Source: the human T2T-CHM13v2.0 reference genome, Homo sapiens
DNA: 64,000 nt
Strand: one strand, 5' to 3'
Assembly (NCBI RefSeq): GCF_009914755.1
Contig: NC_060947.1
The position numbers were made by a program, and so were the translations under genes. This document shows positions 1 to 24,298 of the stretch, in pieces (position 1 is the first letter of the stretch; every line of letters starts with the position of its first letter). Below the pieces are notes generated by a model. The model did no database searches. It was not told the DNA's origin and saw only the letters and a list, made by a program, of their open reading frames with translations.

Positions 1-1024
1 TTGATGATATGTCAGCTATACCTCGATAAGGCTGCTAAAAAAAAAAAAAAAAAAAAGGCAGGGCTGACCCTGGCTATAACAGCCCTTCCTCCTGTTCTCG
101 CAGGTTCCTATGTGTGGGGCAAACCCTTCAGAGGAACACAGGGAGGGAGGGCTCCAGGCCAGGAAGTTGACTGAAACCCTCTGGCTCTCCTGCCAGGCTG
201 AGCAACCACAGACCCAGAGTTCTGCACCAACCAGCTGAGATTTCCTTACAGAACTGCTCTGTTTTGCAAAGAGCAATTATATGCGGGGGAATTTCCTAAC
301 CAAAATGAGACCCCTTCCTTATTATCCCCCAAACACCCCTGCATTCTTTTGCAATGCAAAATCCGTGCCTCCCCAAGCCAATTACTTGGGAAGTGTGATA
401 TGCAAGGATGAATTATACATGTGTTTCTTTGTGAGTTTGTTTCCTCCTCAGGGAAGCTAATTATGAGATAAATTGTTGGGGGTTTTATGTCTTCAAATAA
501 CTCCTTGTCATATCAGAGCCCCTCTTGCTATGTATTGCCAAGCTAATTGGTGGCTTCCAAAGAGGAGGATACAAGTCATTTTCAATTAGGGTAGTAAAAT
601 GCTAAAAGAAAATGAAGTGCTAGTCATACACACATATTCATATACACACATTGACAGATGTATACGTATATTTATACCAGAAACAATGAATGAAAATTCA
701 ATGCACTCTTTCTTTGGGAGATTCTGATAGTGTCCCTGGTATAGTATTTTCCCATTTTCAGGCACATGTACCTCCCCTTGTGTTACAAGTGAGAAGTCAT
801 TTTGTGATGTATTAAAATTCTCTTTAGATGGTGAATGTGTCTCCACTGTGGGTGTCCAGTGGCTGACACGCGACAACTCTCTCATTGACAAAAAGTCTTT
901 CAAAGCTGACACATTATTTACCAAAAATAAGACCCAAGCTGTCCACCCTACAGCTTTGGTGACTGCAGAGATAGAGAACAGTCACCTGTCTTTTATAGCT
1001 TATTTCAGAGCTATATTATTTTAA

Positions 1025-1570
<546 letters not shown>

Positions 1571-2111
1571 AGCTGTTTCATAATTCCATCAAGCAAGATC
1601 TTTGTGATCTTTACGTTACTCCTTGGGGGACTATAAACCTTTACTTATTCAAAAATCAGTACTTCTTTCCAAGGATCAAAGTTCTTGTTATTAGTCAGGT
1701 TTAAGCAGGAATTTCCAATAGCCACAAGTAGCTTTTGACCATCATTCTACTTATTGATCTTACAACTGTGAAACTAGCTGGTAATTGTATACCACCCTTT
1801 GAACCCAGTCCCTCTCAATGCTCAAGTTATTCCATTACTGACACATGGACAAGAAAATCCAATTCCTCAAAATCACTTAGAATACCATATTCCCCAGGAA
1901 GAATTAGCCTCTCTTGGAAACACAATCATATCAAAACACAAGGTACCAGAATTCACTACAGTAACAGGCTATTTTTATGACAGACCAATAAAATGTCTTA
2001 ATCAGTTGTCTGAGGAATACTGTTATTCAGCATTACCCACGATTTCAGATAATGTGCTATTAACTTTAAAGAGATGTGCTGCCATCTTGCTGATTGGTTG
2101 AGTGACCTTCA

Positions 2112-2489
<378 letters not shown>

Positions 2490-2736
2490 CTACCCAACTT
2501 TTGGATGACAAAGAAGAAAGTAGGGCAATCTTGTTGCCACAAGTAGCTGGCTAGGTGCATCACTATGACAAAGTTAAAACAATTTGAAGTTGGGGACAAT
2601 CCACTGTCTACTTCAAGTATCAATTGCTCACTCTGCTCAGAAAAGGTGCTCACTAAGTAACGGCTGAACAACCGCAGCTTGTGCAGAAAGCGTAACTCTG
2701 GGATGGGCACCCTGTGCCAAGCTTTGGTCCACTTAC

Positions 2737-2842
2737 CAGTAAAAGTCTCTGTGCAGGGGTTCACACCCGCAAGACGTTTCGAGGTTCCAAAATCGGAGAT
2801 TTTCACCACTCCGCTGTAGGTGTTCACCAGAACATTATCGCC
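2737..2842 (-). CDS. MAP3K15: MAP3K15 coding exon (probably exon 18), DFG and activation loop
   Basis: ttttccgaag|GGC...G|gtaagt; 106 nt; [35 protein letters not shown]. Confidence 0.95.
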
Positions 2843-3077
2843 CTTCGGAAAATAACATCATCAAGTGCTTAAAAGACAGGCTGAAACGAACTCATATGAA
2901 ACAGATCTGGACCTTGGGAAACCGTCACAAGTCTCTAGGAAAACTAGACTTTGCATTTTGGGGACGGTTGTGCTAAATCATACCCCTCTGTCAGCCAGTC
3001 ACTCAGCAGACACCATCGACAGCTCTCATGATCTGATACGAGCAAAGGCAACCTCGTCAGCTTAAAAAAGCAAGTAC

Positions 3078-3208
3078 CTTTATGTCTCTGTGCACGATCT
3101 GGTTTTCATGAAGATACTTAAGGCCCTCCAGGATCTGTTTGGTGTAAAACTTGATTGTCGGTTCCTTCATCGGCCCCCATTTGGATCGCAGAAGAGCAGA
3201 AAGGCTTC
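3078..3208 (-). CDS. MAP3K15: MAP3K15 coding exon (probably exon 17), up to HRD catalytic loop
   Basis: tctctag|GA...AAG|gtactt; 131 nt; [44 protein letters not shown]. Confidence 0.95.
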
Positions 3209-4083
3209 CTAGAGACAGTCACAGCAAAAAACTTATCAGGAAGAGAAAGTTTCAATAAAAGTTCAGGGAAATAAAGTGAGGTGAGGTTTCTAACCTAACC
3301 TAAGTGCTTACACCAACACCATCGGATCTGGGCTAAATGCAACATGTTTCCTCCCCTCTGTAGCTACAGCCAGGGAATGGACTGGAAGCAATTGAGCACA
3401 TGAACCTAACCAGAGGCACAGGGTGAACATGAACCCCTTGTGCCCCCTGAAATTCAGTGGGGCCAATTGTGGGTTTAGCTCTGTTCAGCTACATGAAGTT
3501 AGGAGGAGAGCGAAATAATGCTCTCTCAACTTGAGGGGCATGGCCTGCTGGCGTAGATAACTCAGGTCCCATGACACTTGTTTACAGCAGGTCTGTCTCA
3601 GTCATTCTGCTTGGGTTAAAGCCACGTTTTATACCTTGTCTGTAATCAGAGGTGGACAGGTCCACAGTGAGGGGCCCTTTAGGGTGACAAGGACTAGGAC
3701 TGGAGGAAGTTGGGTCTCTCTGTCCTCAATGTGAGAAAGCCACAGTGGCAAGTCTCAGGGCAGGACTGTCTTGATCAACAACCACTTCCCCCAATTACGC
3801 TATTAAACACTGAACATTTGGGCCAAAAGAAAAGCTCCCTTAAGGACACTGTGACCACGTCTCGAAGGACATCATGTGAACTGCGGGATGTCCTGTCCAT
3901 TGGCAGGAACGGGCCCTCAGACATCGGCTGGTCTCAGATTCCCACTTACACAGTGTTATGGGACCTTGATCTACCTTGGTTTCCCCATCTATAAAAGGGG
4001 ATGAACACATCTGTCTCTATTTCTGTTGATACCCTTAAACCTAACGCCGGGGATGGGGTTATCAACTAACGTGAAGAGTAAGG

Positions 4084-4389
4084 GGCCGGGCACGGTGGCT
4101 CACGCCTGTAATCCCAGCACTTTGGGAGGCCGAGGCGGGCAGATCACCTGAGGTCAGGAGTTCAAGACCAGCCTGGTCAACGTGGCAAAACCCCATCTCT
4201 ACTAAAAATACAAAAATTAGCCAGGCGTGGTGGCACGCACTTGTAATCCTAGCTACTTGAGAGGCTGAGGCAGAGAGAATTGCTTGAACCCAGGAGGCAG
4301 AGGTTGCCATCAGTGAGCCAATATCGTACCACTGCACTCCAGCCTGGGCAACAGACAGAGAGACTCCATCTCAAAAAAAAAAAGAAAAA
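4084..4389 (+). mobile_element. AluS
   Basis: Full dimeric Alu with A tail. Confidence 0.9.
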
Positions 4390-4488
4390 GCAGCAATGGA
4401 CGAGTTTTCTGATAGACTATGACCAACTTAAGGGAAAGACAAACTACTTTATTTATTCTAACATAACCCTGAAAATCTAGCCCACTGC

Positions 4489-4807
<319 letters not shown>

Positions 4808-5512
4808 GACTGCCTGGCTCTTAATAAATATACTTAAGACTCTTCCTGTAATAGCAGACTCTTAATAACTGTCAGTTGAATGAATGAATGAAGATTTCTA
4901 ACTGAAGTTTTAACATCTGTATTCAGATAACTATTATTTAATTAAAGAGTTTGATTCATTATTTCAATGAGCACTTACTGAGCTCTTGTTCTCTGCCAGA
5001 CAGAATCCACCCAACAGCCCACTGAGACAGCGTTAATTGTTACTCCAATAATTATTACTCCAATTATCAGAGTCATTATTACTCCAATTTTACAGTTCAT
5101 TTATTCAATCAGAAAACTGAGGGCACAGAGAGGTATAACAATTTGCCTGAAGTCACACAGCTTGTGGATGGAGGAACGGACTCAGACTAGATGGTCTGGG
5201 TCCAGATCCCAGGAACTCCCCTCCTGTGCCCTATCTCTTGCATTCAGGGATTTTTGTGGATAAAACACTGATGCTTGATTTCATTATCAAAATGCTATTT
5301 TGCACTGTCACTTTTAACATCTATGTTCCCTCTTCTGCACCCTTGTCCAAACCCACCTTTAAACTCCTAGACTGTGAAGGCCTCAAGGCCAAAGACTATG
5401 TTTTCTCCATAGACAGTCAATGAATATTTGTGGGTTGAACAAACTGCATCAACAAACCAGAAATAGACTGCTTATATGACATTTGGAAAGTATCCAACTT
5501 TCCAACATCTAA

Positions 5513-5752
<240 letters not shown>

Positions 5753-5810
5753 TGACATCCACGTCGTAGTGATTTTCAGAATGTGAGACCAGAAGACAGC
5801 GACTACTCAC

Positions 5811-5938
5811 CTCCAGGCACCTGCTCCATAAATATCTTAATGTAGCCGTTCTCTGAAACAGAGCCCAGGTACTGAACGATATTGCGGTGCTTAAGGTACT
5901 TGTGCAGGGCTATCTCCTCGTGCAGAGGCTGAGAATAC
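5811..5938 (-). CDS. MAP3K15: MAP3K15 coding exon (probably exon 16), kinase alphaC to hinge
   Basis: cccaatag|G...G|gtgagt; 128 nt; [42 protein letters not shown]. Confidence 0.95.
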
Positions 5939-7543
5939 CTATTGGGAAAAACAGAGCCAGGGTCACCTGCCAAATCCCAGGGACTCTAGAACCACATCTC
6001 ACCTCACCAGGACCTGCCCCACTGCTGCCCATCCCTTCTTTCTGGAAACTTTCTTTTCTCTGGCTTCCATGAAACTATTCAACTTCCCATCTGTACAATA
6101 GAGGATAAGCCTACAGCCATGCAGGGCTGCCAGGGGCCAAGGCATGTCCATTTCATTAAGCACTTAGTGGAGTAGCTGGTGTGTGGTGAGTATTCAATGA
6201 ATGACTGCTATTGTTACTACTGTTATTTTTCGGGCCTGAACCCACCAACCATTCTTTACCTCTCTCAACAGCCCCTCTTCCTCTGCCTCCCATGAAGAGT
6301 GGTGTTCTGGAAGGTTCTGCCCTCAGCTGCCCTCTCGTCTTATTCTACAGAGTCGCCCCAGACCACAACAGCAGCCACCTAATGGGCCACCCAGCCCCAG
6401 CCTCTGGCCTTTTTAATCCATTCCCCAACCTTGGCCATTATACTACCTCTTCTTAAAACACACACTTCACCACATCCCTTCCCCACATAAATTCCACATA
6501 GAGACCATGCTATTTAATGTCACATACAAGGACTTTCAAAGATCAGTTCAGGCTAAGCCTTAAAAAATTTTTTTTTGGCCTCATTTCAAGAGCATCTCAC
6601 TGCCCTGCATCCTACATTCAAGTCATATCAGACAATCTGTTGTTCTCTGAATATACTTTGTGTTTTAACAGCTCTGTTTTTCCATCAGCATAGGCCTCCT
6701 TTTCCGCTAAACAAATTCTTACTCATCCCTCAAAGTGCAGCTCAAAGTTGATCTATTTTTTCAAACTTGCCACAACTCACTAAGGAGAGTAATTCATTCC
6801 TCTTCTGCGTTCTAAAAACACTCTGTGTACTCCTCTATCATGGCACTTGGCACTTTCACTCAGAGGCAAAGCATCTGCATTTGCCACCGAACCAGCAGAA
6901 CCCTGGGAAAAGGACACTATCCTAATCACCTTTCGGTCCCCAGTGCCAGCCCAGAGTCTGACACAGAGAAAGTACCTATCATCATAAGTTCAGCCTATAA
7001 ATTTAGGGAGTTGAACAAAACAGTCTCTAAAGGTCCCTTCTAGCTCTTAAAATCCCAGGAACTACTGATCAGCAACAAAAAGCTAGAACAGCTATTGCTA
7101 CCAAATGAAGGAGATGGGACATGCCAGAAATTTCCCCAAATAGATACAACTGCAACACCTTATCCATCATGAGAAAAGAGACTGGATGCTGGATGAGGAA
7201 CTCAAGAGACTCGGATCCTAGTCTTGTTTCTAAGCATCCTTGGGAAAGTCATTTAATCTTCCTCAGTCTTGATTTTCTTATTGGTGAAATGAAGAAATGG
7301 AAATAGTTCATTTCAGGTCCTGTCTCATAATTCACGTATCATAACATGCTATCCCACTGAAAATCAACAAATACATGAATGGATGAATGAAGGGTCTTAC
7401 AGCTGGCAGAAATCCCTTAAAACTCATCCCCAATATATCAGCAATCACCCAGATACATGGGTGTTTACACATTATTCTTCAGCACTCGACACTGAAGGCA
7501 ATCCTACAGCTGTGGTCTGACACACCTGTGGATCCCGGAATGA

Positions 7544-7933
<390 letters not shown>

Positions 7934-8189
7934 AGAAACAAACATTTCTTAAAATTAAAAAAAGTCAAAGAAATGAATAAGCAGTACTCATGGTAGAAAA
8001 ACAGTCCAAAATCCATGTGTGAGGGTGAAGGGTAGGATGTTAAAAAAAATTCTGTACTGCAAAAATCTGATTTTTTTTATCTGCATGTAATTTTCCACAA
8101 TGATGCATCTGAACAAATCATAGCCATTTTCAACTGCTACAATGTAAATTTAAAATAACCCAGTAATATTTAAAAATTATATTTGCACT

Positions 8190-8813
<624 letters not shown>

Positions 8814-8955
8814 GATCACCCCTATTACAAGAGAATGACAGGTTTTGTGGTAACACAATGCTTTTGCCCTTAACTCCTCCACACCATGAGCGGTGGGTAT
8901 GGGATCTGGGGTGTGGAGACGGCACCCGAAATGCGGAAGGCCCGCCTGGACTTGC

Positions 8956-9089
8956 CTGCTATCTCTCTCCGGGATTTCTTTGATGGCTATTCGCACTTGA
9001 TTGCTCAGATCTCGGCCAGCATACACAATCCCATACGTGCCTTTCCCCAAGACAACTCTCTCACCATTTGCATCATGGTCATACTCATA
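8956..9089 (-). CDS. MAP3K15: MAP3K15 coding exon (probably exon 15), kinase Gly-rich loop and catalytic Lys; GC donor
   Basis: cttcag|TAT...AG|gcaagt; 134 nt; [44 protein letters not shown]. Confidence 0.94.
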
Positions 9090-9888
9090 CTGAAGAAGGA
9101 AAAACAAAAGGACAAAAAAGCATACAACTTGTAGCGGAGAAGCCCTCTAAGGCCCCCAGAGTTGTCTAGCAACTAAAAAAAATATAAATAACATTATTTG
9201 ACTGTCAGGCAAGTCACAGTGCTTAGCTTAGGCCCTTTTCATTAAATGACTTTAAAGGGGCAGAATTCTCCATTGTTCACCTGTTCATAGTATGACTTTA
9301 TGAAATGGAATCCAAGAAAATTAAAAATATGGTTTGCATATAATTGGCTCACCTTTTGGAAATTCTTCCCCATTTTAACGCTGCAATTTAAAACTGCTTC
9401 TAAGCATGTTGAATAACCCAACTAGGTGTCTTCCTGCATAATCCCTTATCAAGTTGTCAGGAAACAAATATCTTTCAATAACCCAGAAAGGAATTGAAGG
9501 TCAATATAATTAACATTATCTTAATACAAAAAGTAAATATGCTGGGGCTTCCCCACTCTTTCAGGCATACGGATCTAGTAGTAAACACCTAGTACAAAAA
9601 CTTGATTTACAATTAGCATTACTATTTTGTTCCCCCATCTTCCCATCAAAAGCTGTCACATACAGATGCATTTGATTCTTCTCGATGATTAAAACAAATG
9701 TGACTGTACGCTGAGCAACACTTATTTAAAGCAGAGAGGCAGCAATCAATTTTTTCTGTTATTTTGCATGCTCCACTGCTTCTACTTACAGAAGTGCAGC
9801 TTATACACGGAATAGTCGGCGGGTATGTGGGTGTCCTTTCCCATCTACTTCTAGGGATGTTCATGACAATTAAGATTACTAAAGGGTT

Positions 9889-10501
<613 letters not shown>

Positions 10502-11305
10502 TTAGTAAAGGATCTCCATCAGTGTCTGATGTAACTGGCAATCAGCCTGCTCCATAGAAGACTTTTACCTCACACCTCCCTCCGATTCCCACACCTGCTG
10601 CCCTCAAAGCACCATTGCTCAGTTCATTTCTACAACAAACTCTGGTCCTGACCTAAGAATTCTAGTAGTTAACTCAATTATTAAAATGAATCCCTTTGAT
10701 ATTTTCTGAAAGAAACATTAAGGAATTCCTTTCAGTCTAACCTGAAAGTACAGTAAAATCTCATTAAATTGTAATCACTGGAAGAACCTGAGTGAGTGGC
10801 AAATCTGAATAACTGGGCAAGATTTAAACACCTGTACAATGGTTTAGCAACTGTGGACTATAACTGTGCTGTTAAAAAGAGCTGATGAGCCTACTTTTTA
10901 AAATGATTTTAAAGTTGTTATATTTCATATAGTATATGCACATAGCTATAACTAAAGTCATTTTAAGCATAAAACGTCTGCTCTCAGTTGGCCAACTAAT
11001 TCTCTTGTAGTCTCACAGACATTACTAATTAGCCTAGAGAAAACTTTCATAGGTTGTTCACAAAAGGAAATTTTAGTCTAGTCCATGGCCAAATTTTTCT
11101 TAAGCATTCTAACTGAGAGAATCCCAAAGAAATGAGATTCTTCTCTGGAGACACATTCAACATTATCTCTGGGAACCATGCAGTGATGGCTGGCAGGTTC
11201 ATAAAACATACTCAACAGAGGATTTTTATAGAAAGATGGGACATTTTCTTGAAGCATCGAACACACAATCAATGTTTTCCATATTCTAGATCGTCCATGA
11301 CTCAC

Positions 11306-11393
11306 CTCCAAGGTGTCTCCATCGGTCTCTCCCTCCAGCTCCACCGTACTGCCTGCTGTATTGGTTATCATCTCTTTGACCAAAGAGAAAAAT
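11306..11393 (-). CDS. MAP3K15: MAP3K15 coding exon (probably exon 14), PH-kinase linker
   Basis: gttctag|A...GAG|gtgagt; 88 nt; RFFSLVKEMITNTAGSTVELEGETDGDTLE. Confidence 0.95.
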
Positions 11394-11924
11394 CTAGAAC
11401 AGCAAGTGTCACAAATACGTTGCCAACTCAGAACTGCTCTCATTCCTTGTTTTTAACTTAGCTTTATTAAACTGTACTTAAATATAAACCAAACTTTTAC
11501 AAGTCATGGAACAATCGATCCCCTCCTTGATTTGACGTGGTACTTTAGTGGTTATCAAATCTAGGGCAACTACCAATGTGATACCTGAATCCCCTCTGTA
11601 TAGTATCTCCACCAACTGGTTGACCAATTGATGCTTGAGTACCTCCAGCAACAGAGAACTCATTACCTCCCAAAGACAGCTCATTCTTGGAAGATCTTAA
11701 TGAGAAATATTTCCCTTTTACTGAACCAAAGACTTCTTTCATGTGGGTTCCATCCACAGTTTGCTTAGAATTAACCATTTTTCTACTTAACACCCCATTA
11801 GAAGTGCACATAATTTTACCATGTCCCTATAAGTCTTTCCTTTCTGTCCCATCACTGTTTTCCCCAGGACGTGTGAGTTACTCTACTAGCAGGTAATTCT
11901 TCAGATGACGTCCCTGTGTTACTC

Positions 11925-14495
<2,571 letters not shown>

Positions 14496-14559
14496 CTAGC
14501 CTAATCTTTAAATATGTTGTGACAATGATTGTCTGAGACACAATGAATTAAGACTTTCT

Positions 14560-17780
<3,221 letters not shown>

Positions 17781-17917
17781 TTTTAGAGCTTTTTTGAGAT
17801 GTAAGTTAACATTTCAAGAAAGACAGTAATAGCAAGTAAATATCTTTCAGAACAAAGGCCCTTTAAAAATGATTCGCCATAATTACATTGCAAATACCTG
17901 AATTGGCTGTAACTCAC

Positions 17918-18013
17918 CTACTGCACTGCTCTTCGGTGGAAAAGTAGATTTGAAAGTCATCAGAATTATCATGGACATAAAGAAAACAACACCTTTCATC
18001 AAACTTTGATAGG
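17918..18013 (-). CDS. MAP3K15: MAP3K15 coding exon (probably exon 13), PH-like domain
   Basis: tttacag|C...AG|gtgagt; 96 nt; LSKFDERCCFLYVHDNSDDFQIYFSTEEQCS. Confidence 0.95.
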
Positions 18014-18261
18014 CTGTAAAATTTCAAAGCATAATGTTTATACATAAGTTATGATACCCACTCTAAATCTGCAAGACAATCTTTTCTTCTATTTTATCAA
18101 TTCCTGAAAGATTCATTAATGTTTTAAACAAACACCCCCCGAGTCTGCCTTTTATTTCTCTATGAAATTTAAATACCAGAGACATTTATCTTGCTTATAT
18201 TTGAGTTTGTATTTATCAACTGACCTTAATATGAACTTACTCTTAATATAATTCAGTGCTA

Positions 18262-19755
<1,494 letters not shown>

Positions 19756-20653
19756 GAGTGTATTTCAAATTGCCTTGTATTTCCTGGGCAGTATCATCCC
19801 AATGCACTACTTTGTACTTAAATTATTTCCCTCCTTTTAAGTGATGTTGATGGTATCCTAATTTCAATACTGATGTTTCCAGGACAGGATCACACTATGT
19901 CTAGAAGTAACTGGGGATTCATTCAGTGGCTGAGGTAGCCTCAGAGTCAGAGAAAGGAATGTTCTAGTACAAGCCCTTTATTTGAAGAAAATAGGGAAGA
20001 AACTGAGACTTAGAGAAGCTGAGTGACTTTCCTAACATCACCCAGCAAAGAGAGATTAGAACTCACATCTACTTCACAGCCAGTCTCACCCTCGAATGAG
20101 CTGCCAGGGTGACAAGTGCAGCTGAGATGTTTAGCCCTGCTTGGGTAAGGCCACACAGCTCAGGCTCAAACTGTCATCACTCCTGAACCAAAATGCAAGA
20201 GCTACTCCTCTCCCGAGAATACACCACCTCATGCCCTCCCTGAAAAAAATCTCCCAGCTCCATTACTCTGTTCACAAGACCCCAACCCGAGTGTTGCCAC
20301 TAATCATCTCCTGGCTTCAGTTCTCAGAGTCACTGAGCACTTGAACATCTTTGGCTCAAAAAAGATACATCTTCTCTTCCTACCGATCACTTCTTTAAAA
20401 AAAATGGCACAAGTGAGTTTAGTCTGCTGAATATGAGCAAAGCTACTCTATTATAATAACCCAAGAAGTTCTCACTAGGAGTACACTAGTATTAATAACT
20501 AGCTCAGGAAGGACAACATAATAGAGAGTCCACTTTGGATTCCATTAAAAATAAGAACATTCCATATTATGAGTAAGTGGAAACATTAAAGTGCATAAAA
20601 CATTATCATCATTTGCATTAAAATAGTAACTCCATTTTCTCCTATGTTCTTAC

Positions 20654-20703
20654 CTTATTCCCTTTATGGAAGAGGCTGTAAAATTCCATTCGTGCATCTG
20701 TTT
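20654..20703 (-). CDS. MAP3K15: MAP3K15 small coding exon (probably exon 12)
   Basis: cttgcag|AAA...AG|gtaaga; 50 nt; KQMHEWNFTASSIKGIS; phases fit both neighbours; missed by ORF track. Confidence 0.93.
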
Positions 20704-21628
20704 CTGCAAGTTATCAAAGACAGAAGTCAATAGTTTGAGTTTTTTAAAGCAAATGATTTTTTTTGTTTCATTCTATGGTCAATCATTTCTGCTATTTTAC
20801 CTGCAGTGGTGATTTTTTTACGGGTTACAGCAATACACCTTGTATAACATGGAACACCAGAAACATTTTCTTATGTATTATAAAAATTCATTTGTATCTC
20901 TAATCCAGTTTAAATGATGTAAATTTGAAATAATCTAAGTTTCAGATAGAAATAATAAGCATAGAATAAACACACAGTGAGTGGCTTTTCATCTTCTGTC
21001 AACATAGTAGGCAAACTCTAAAACAAGCATGGGACTAGCCCACCTAAGTTGAGTGACTTGCAAAAATGTTGGGAGAGGCAAGACTGCGACAGACACCTTT
21101 CAGCATTCATCAGTCTTCCTTTTCTCCCTGAACATAGAGCTGAACTACAATTCCCAGCCTCCCTTGCAGCTAGAGAGATATACAGTGGAGTTTTGGCCAA
21201 TGGGATGTGAGCAGGAATGCTGTGCATCACCTGCAGGCCTGACTCAAAAACTCCACAGCAACCCTCTATTTCCTCTTTCCCCATCCACTGCAAGATGGAA
21301 TGCCCCCCACCGCCACCCTCTGCAACCTGGATATGACATGAGGCATAGATAAACTTTTATCATGTTAAGATATTGAGATTTGGGGGCTGTTTGTTTTAGA
21401 AGCTAGCCTACCATGACTAATAAAAAAACTAACTGGGATTTCAAACAGCACCCAAGTTGCACTTACAAACAAAAACTAACTCGGTCCCCTCCCTTCACTA
21501 CCACTACACTTTGCACAAAGCTAAGCCTGAGAAGGAACATCTGAAACTCCAGTTTTGGAAAATCCATAGGCAATAACATCAATACATCACAATTGCAGAA
21601 AATAATTTTAAGTAGGAAAATCCATTTG

Positions 21629-21928
21629 GGCCAGGCGTGGTGGCTTACACCTGTAATCCCAGCGCTCTGGGAGGCCGAGGTGTGGGGGCGATCACTTGAG
21701 GTCAGGAGTTCGAGATCAGCCTGGCCAACATGCTGAAACCCCGTCTCTACTAAAAATACAAAAATGAGCTGAGCATGGTAGCACACGCCTGTAGTCCCAG
21801 CAACTCAGGAGGCTGAGATGGGACAATCAGTTGAACCTGGGAGGCAGAGGTTCCAGTGAGCCAAAATCACTCCACTGCACTCCAGCCTAGGTGACAGAAT
21901 GAGACCCTGCCTCAAAAAAAAAAAAAAA
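21629..21928 (+). mobile_element. AluS
   Basis: Full Alu; TSD-like aaaat(t)ccatttg. Confidence 0.9.
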
Positions 21929-22129
21929 TTCCATTTGGTTGGCCTGAGGAATGTCACAAGTGACCAACTAAGCCACCCAGGGAAGAAAAGTATGAGAACC
22001 ATGTGACTGAGCATTTGGCTCAAGAGAACTGCCATGAATAGGCACATGACTAGTTTCTTGCCATCCTGGAGCAATGACAACAGGAACAGACTGGGAAGAT
22101 GGTTTCCGATGGGAGAAGTTTTAGTCATA

Positions 22130-22680
22130 CGTGTTGATCAAGCACCTACTATGTATGTGCTAGGCAAAGTACTAATACTGAAGACACAGCAGAGAACCAC
22201 AAAGTTCCTGCCCTCATGGGCCTTGCATGTGAGTGAAGAGAGATGGACAATAGATTAAATAGTAAAATCATACCATGGGGGGCGGTGAAAAGTGTTATGA
22301 AGACAAATAAAGTAGGGAAGGGCATTAAGATAGGGCAGGGGGTCACGTTGTTCAACAGGATGTTCAGGGTAGGCGTCGCTGATGACTTCTGAACAGAAAG
22401 CTAAAGTGGGGGAAGAAGGAAGCCACGTGGATGCCTGGGGGAAGAGTTCCAGGCAGAGGGAACAGCAAGTGCAAAGGCCCTGAGGAGGGGTGTGCCTGGC
22501 ACGTTCGGGGACCAACAAAGAGGCAAATATGGCTACAGTGGAGTGAGCGGGATGGGAGTAGAAGAGGAGGTTGGAGAGCTCATGGGCAAATCATGCAGGA
22601 CTTCTAGGCCACCCTCGGGATGTCAGCTTTGACTCTGCGTGAGACAGGAAGCCACTGGAGGCTTCTCATAAGAGGGTAGG
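22130..22680 (-). mobile_element. L2 3' fragment
   Basis: caagcacctactatg...ctgccctcatgg...ccaggcagagggaacagcaagtgcaaaggccctgagg, typical of L2. Confidence 0.75.
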
Positions 22681-23420
22681 AGAATATGAAAGCCAGCAAA
22701 TCACATCCAACTGCATAGAAAGGCTAAGTGTACTTCAGAGGAGACATGAGTCCAAAGTCATGCAGAGAGGATAGTGGCAGACAGCAGGAGTCGGCCTTTG
22801 GATTCAGGCACAGAAATGGGAGCCAGGGCAGACTCAAGAGTCTTGTCTAACCCACAGCCACCTGCAGGAGGCTGCACATATACAGAAAGCTTAGCCACAT
22901 GAGTTTCCAAAGACTTCCCCAATGGCAGGTCTATTCCACGGTGGCTTTAGAGAACTTCTTGATTTGGGAGGAACATTTACTAGTTAAGTAAACAACACAT
23001 TTTATGTAATAATCAACAGGCATTTGTTCAGGAGTGGGTAACTGTTCCATAGCTCCTACAGCTACAAACATACAAGTCATGTATGGGCATTCTTAGGATG
23101 TTCTTCTGTGCATGATACAGGCAATTGGTAGCCTACAGACACTCAGCGGAAGGAATGAAGGAGTGGTTAAAGATGACTTTGCAAAAGCTAGGACTTGGAT
23201 AATCGGAAGAAGGAAATCCCAAAAGGAACAAGGATGGAAATGAAAGGGTAGACAGGAGCTCCCGCAGGGACAGCTCAGGGGCGAGTAAGAGGACAGCCTG
23301 ACTGGCACTGAGGGCTGAAGAGAAAGAGGAAGGGAGGGGGCAGGATTATATAGGGAGGGACTTGAACACTTAGTAAAAGAGTCTGAGTTTTATCTGGAAA
23401 GCCACAGGATCCAGTAATAG

Positions 23421-23930
<510 letters not shown>

Positions 23931-24086
23931 AAATGGAAAAACCTACTGTCTCTCATCTGTGATGATACTCTCTCATATATTCTCATAATTCAGAAGTTAA
24001 ACATGGGTGCCTTTTCCTTCAAATACTACCATCTAGACTCTCCTATTTGAAAACTGATTAAATTGCTTGTGATTTTTCCTCCTTAC

Positions 24087-24194
24087 CATTTCTGTGGGTG
24101 AGACATGCCATAAAGAAACTGTTCTCTCCTCGGCTTCATTGTTTATGGAAACATAAGAAGGCTGGTACACTTTGGTTGGCTCTATGACCAGAAC
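24087..24194 (-). CDS. MAP3K15: MAP3K15 coding exon (probably exon 11), start of PH-like domain
   Basis: tttcag|GTT...ATG|gtaagg; 108 nt; VLVIEPTKVYQPSYVSINNEAEERTVSLWHVSPTEM. Confidence 0.95.
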
Positions 24195-24298
24195 CTGAAA
24201 CAAGAACAGATGCCTGTTAACGTACATGGGTAGAAAACATAGCGCACCCTGCCCAGCGAGGAGGCGGGGAGGTCCGTACTCAATATATCCTCACTGAG

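Noticed and set aside
5037-5090. Three copies of ttactccaat
   Set aside because: Short slippage repeats at the edge of a MIR-like element
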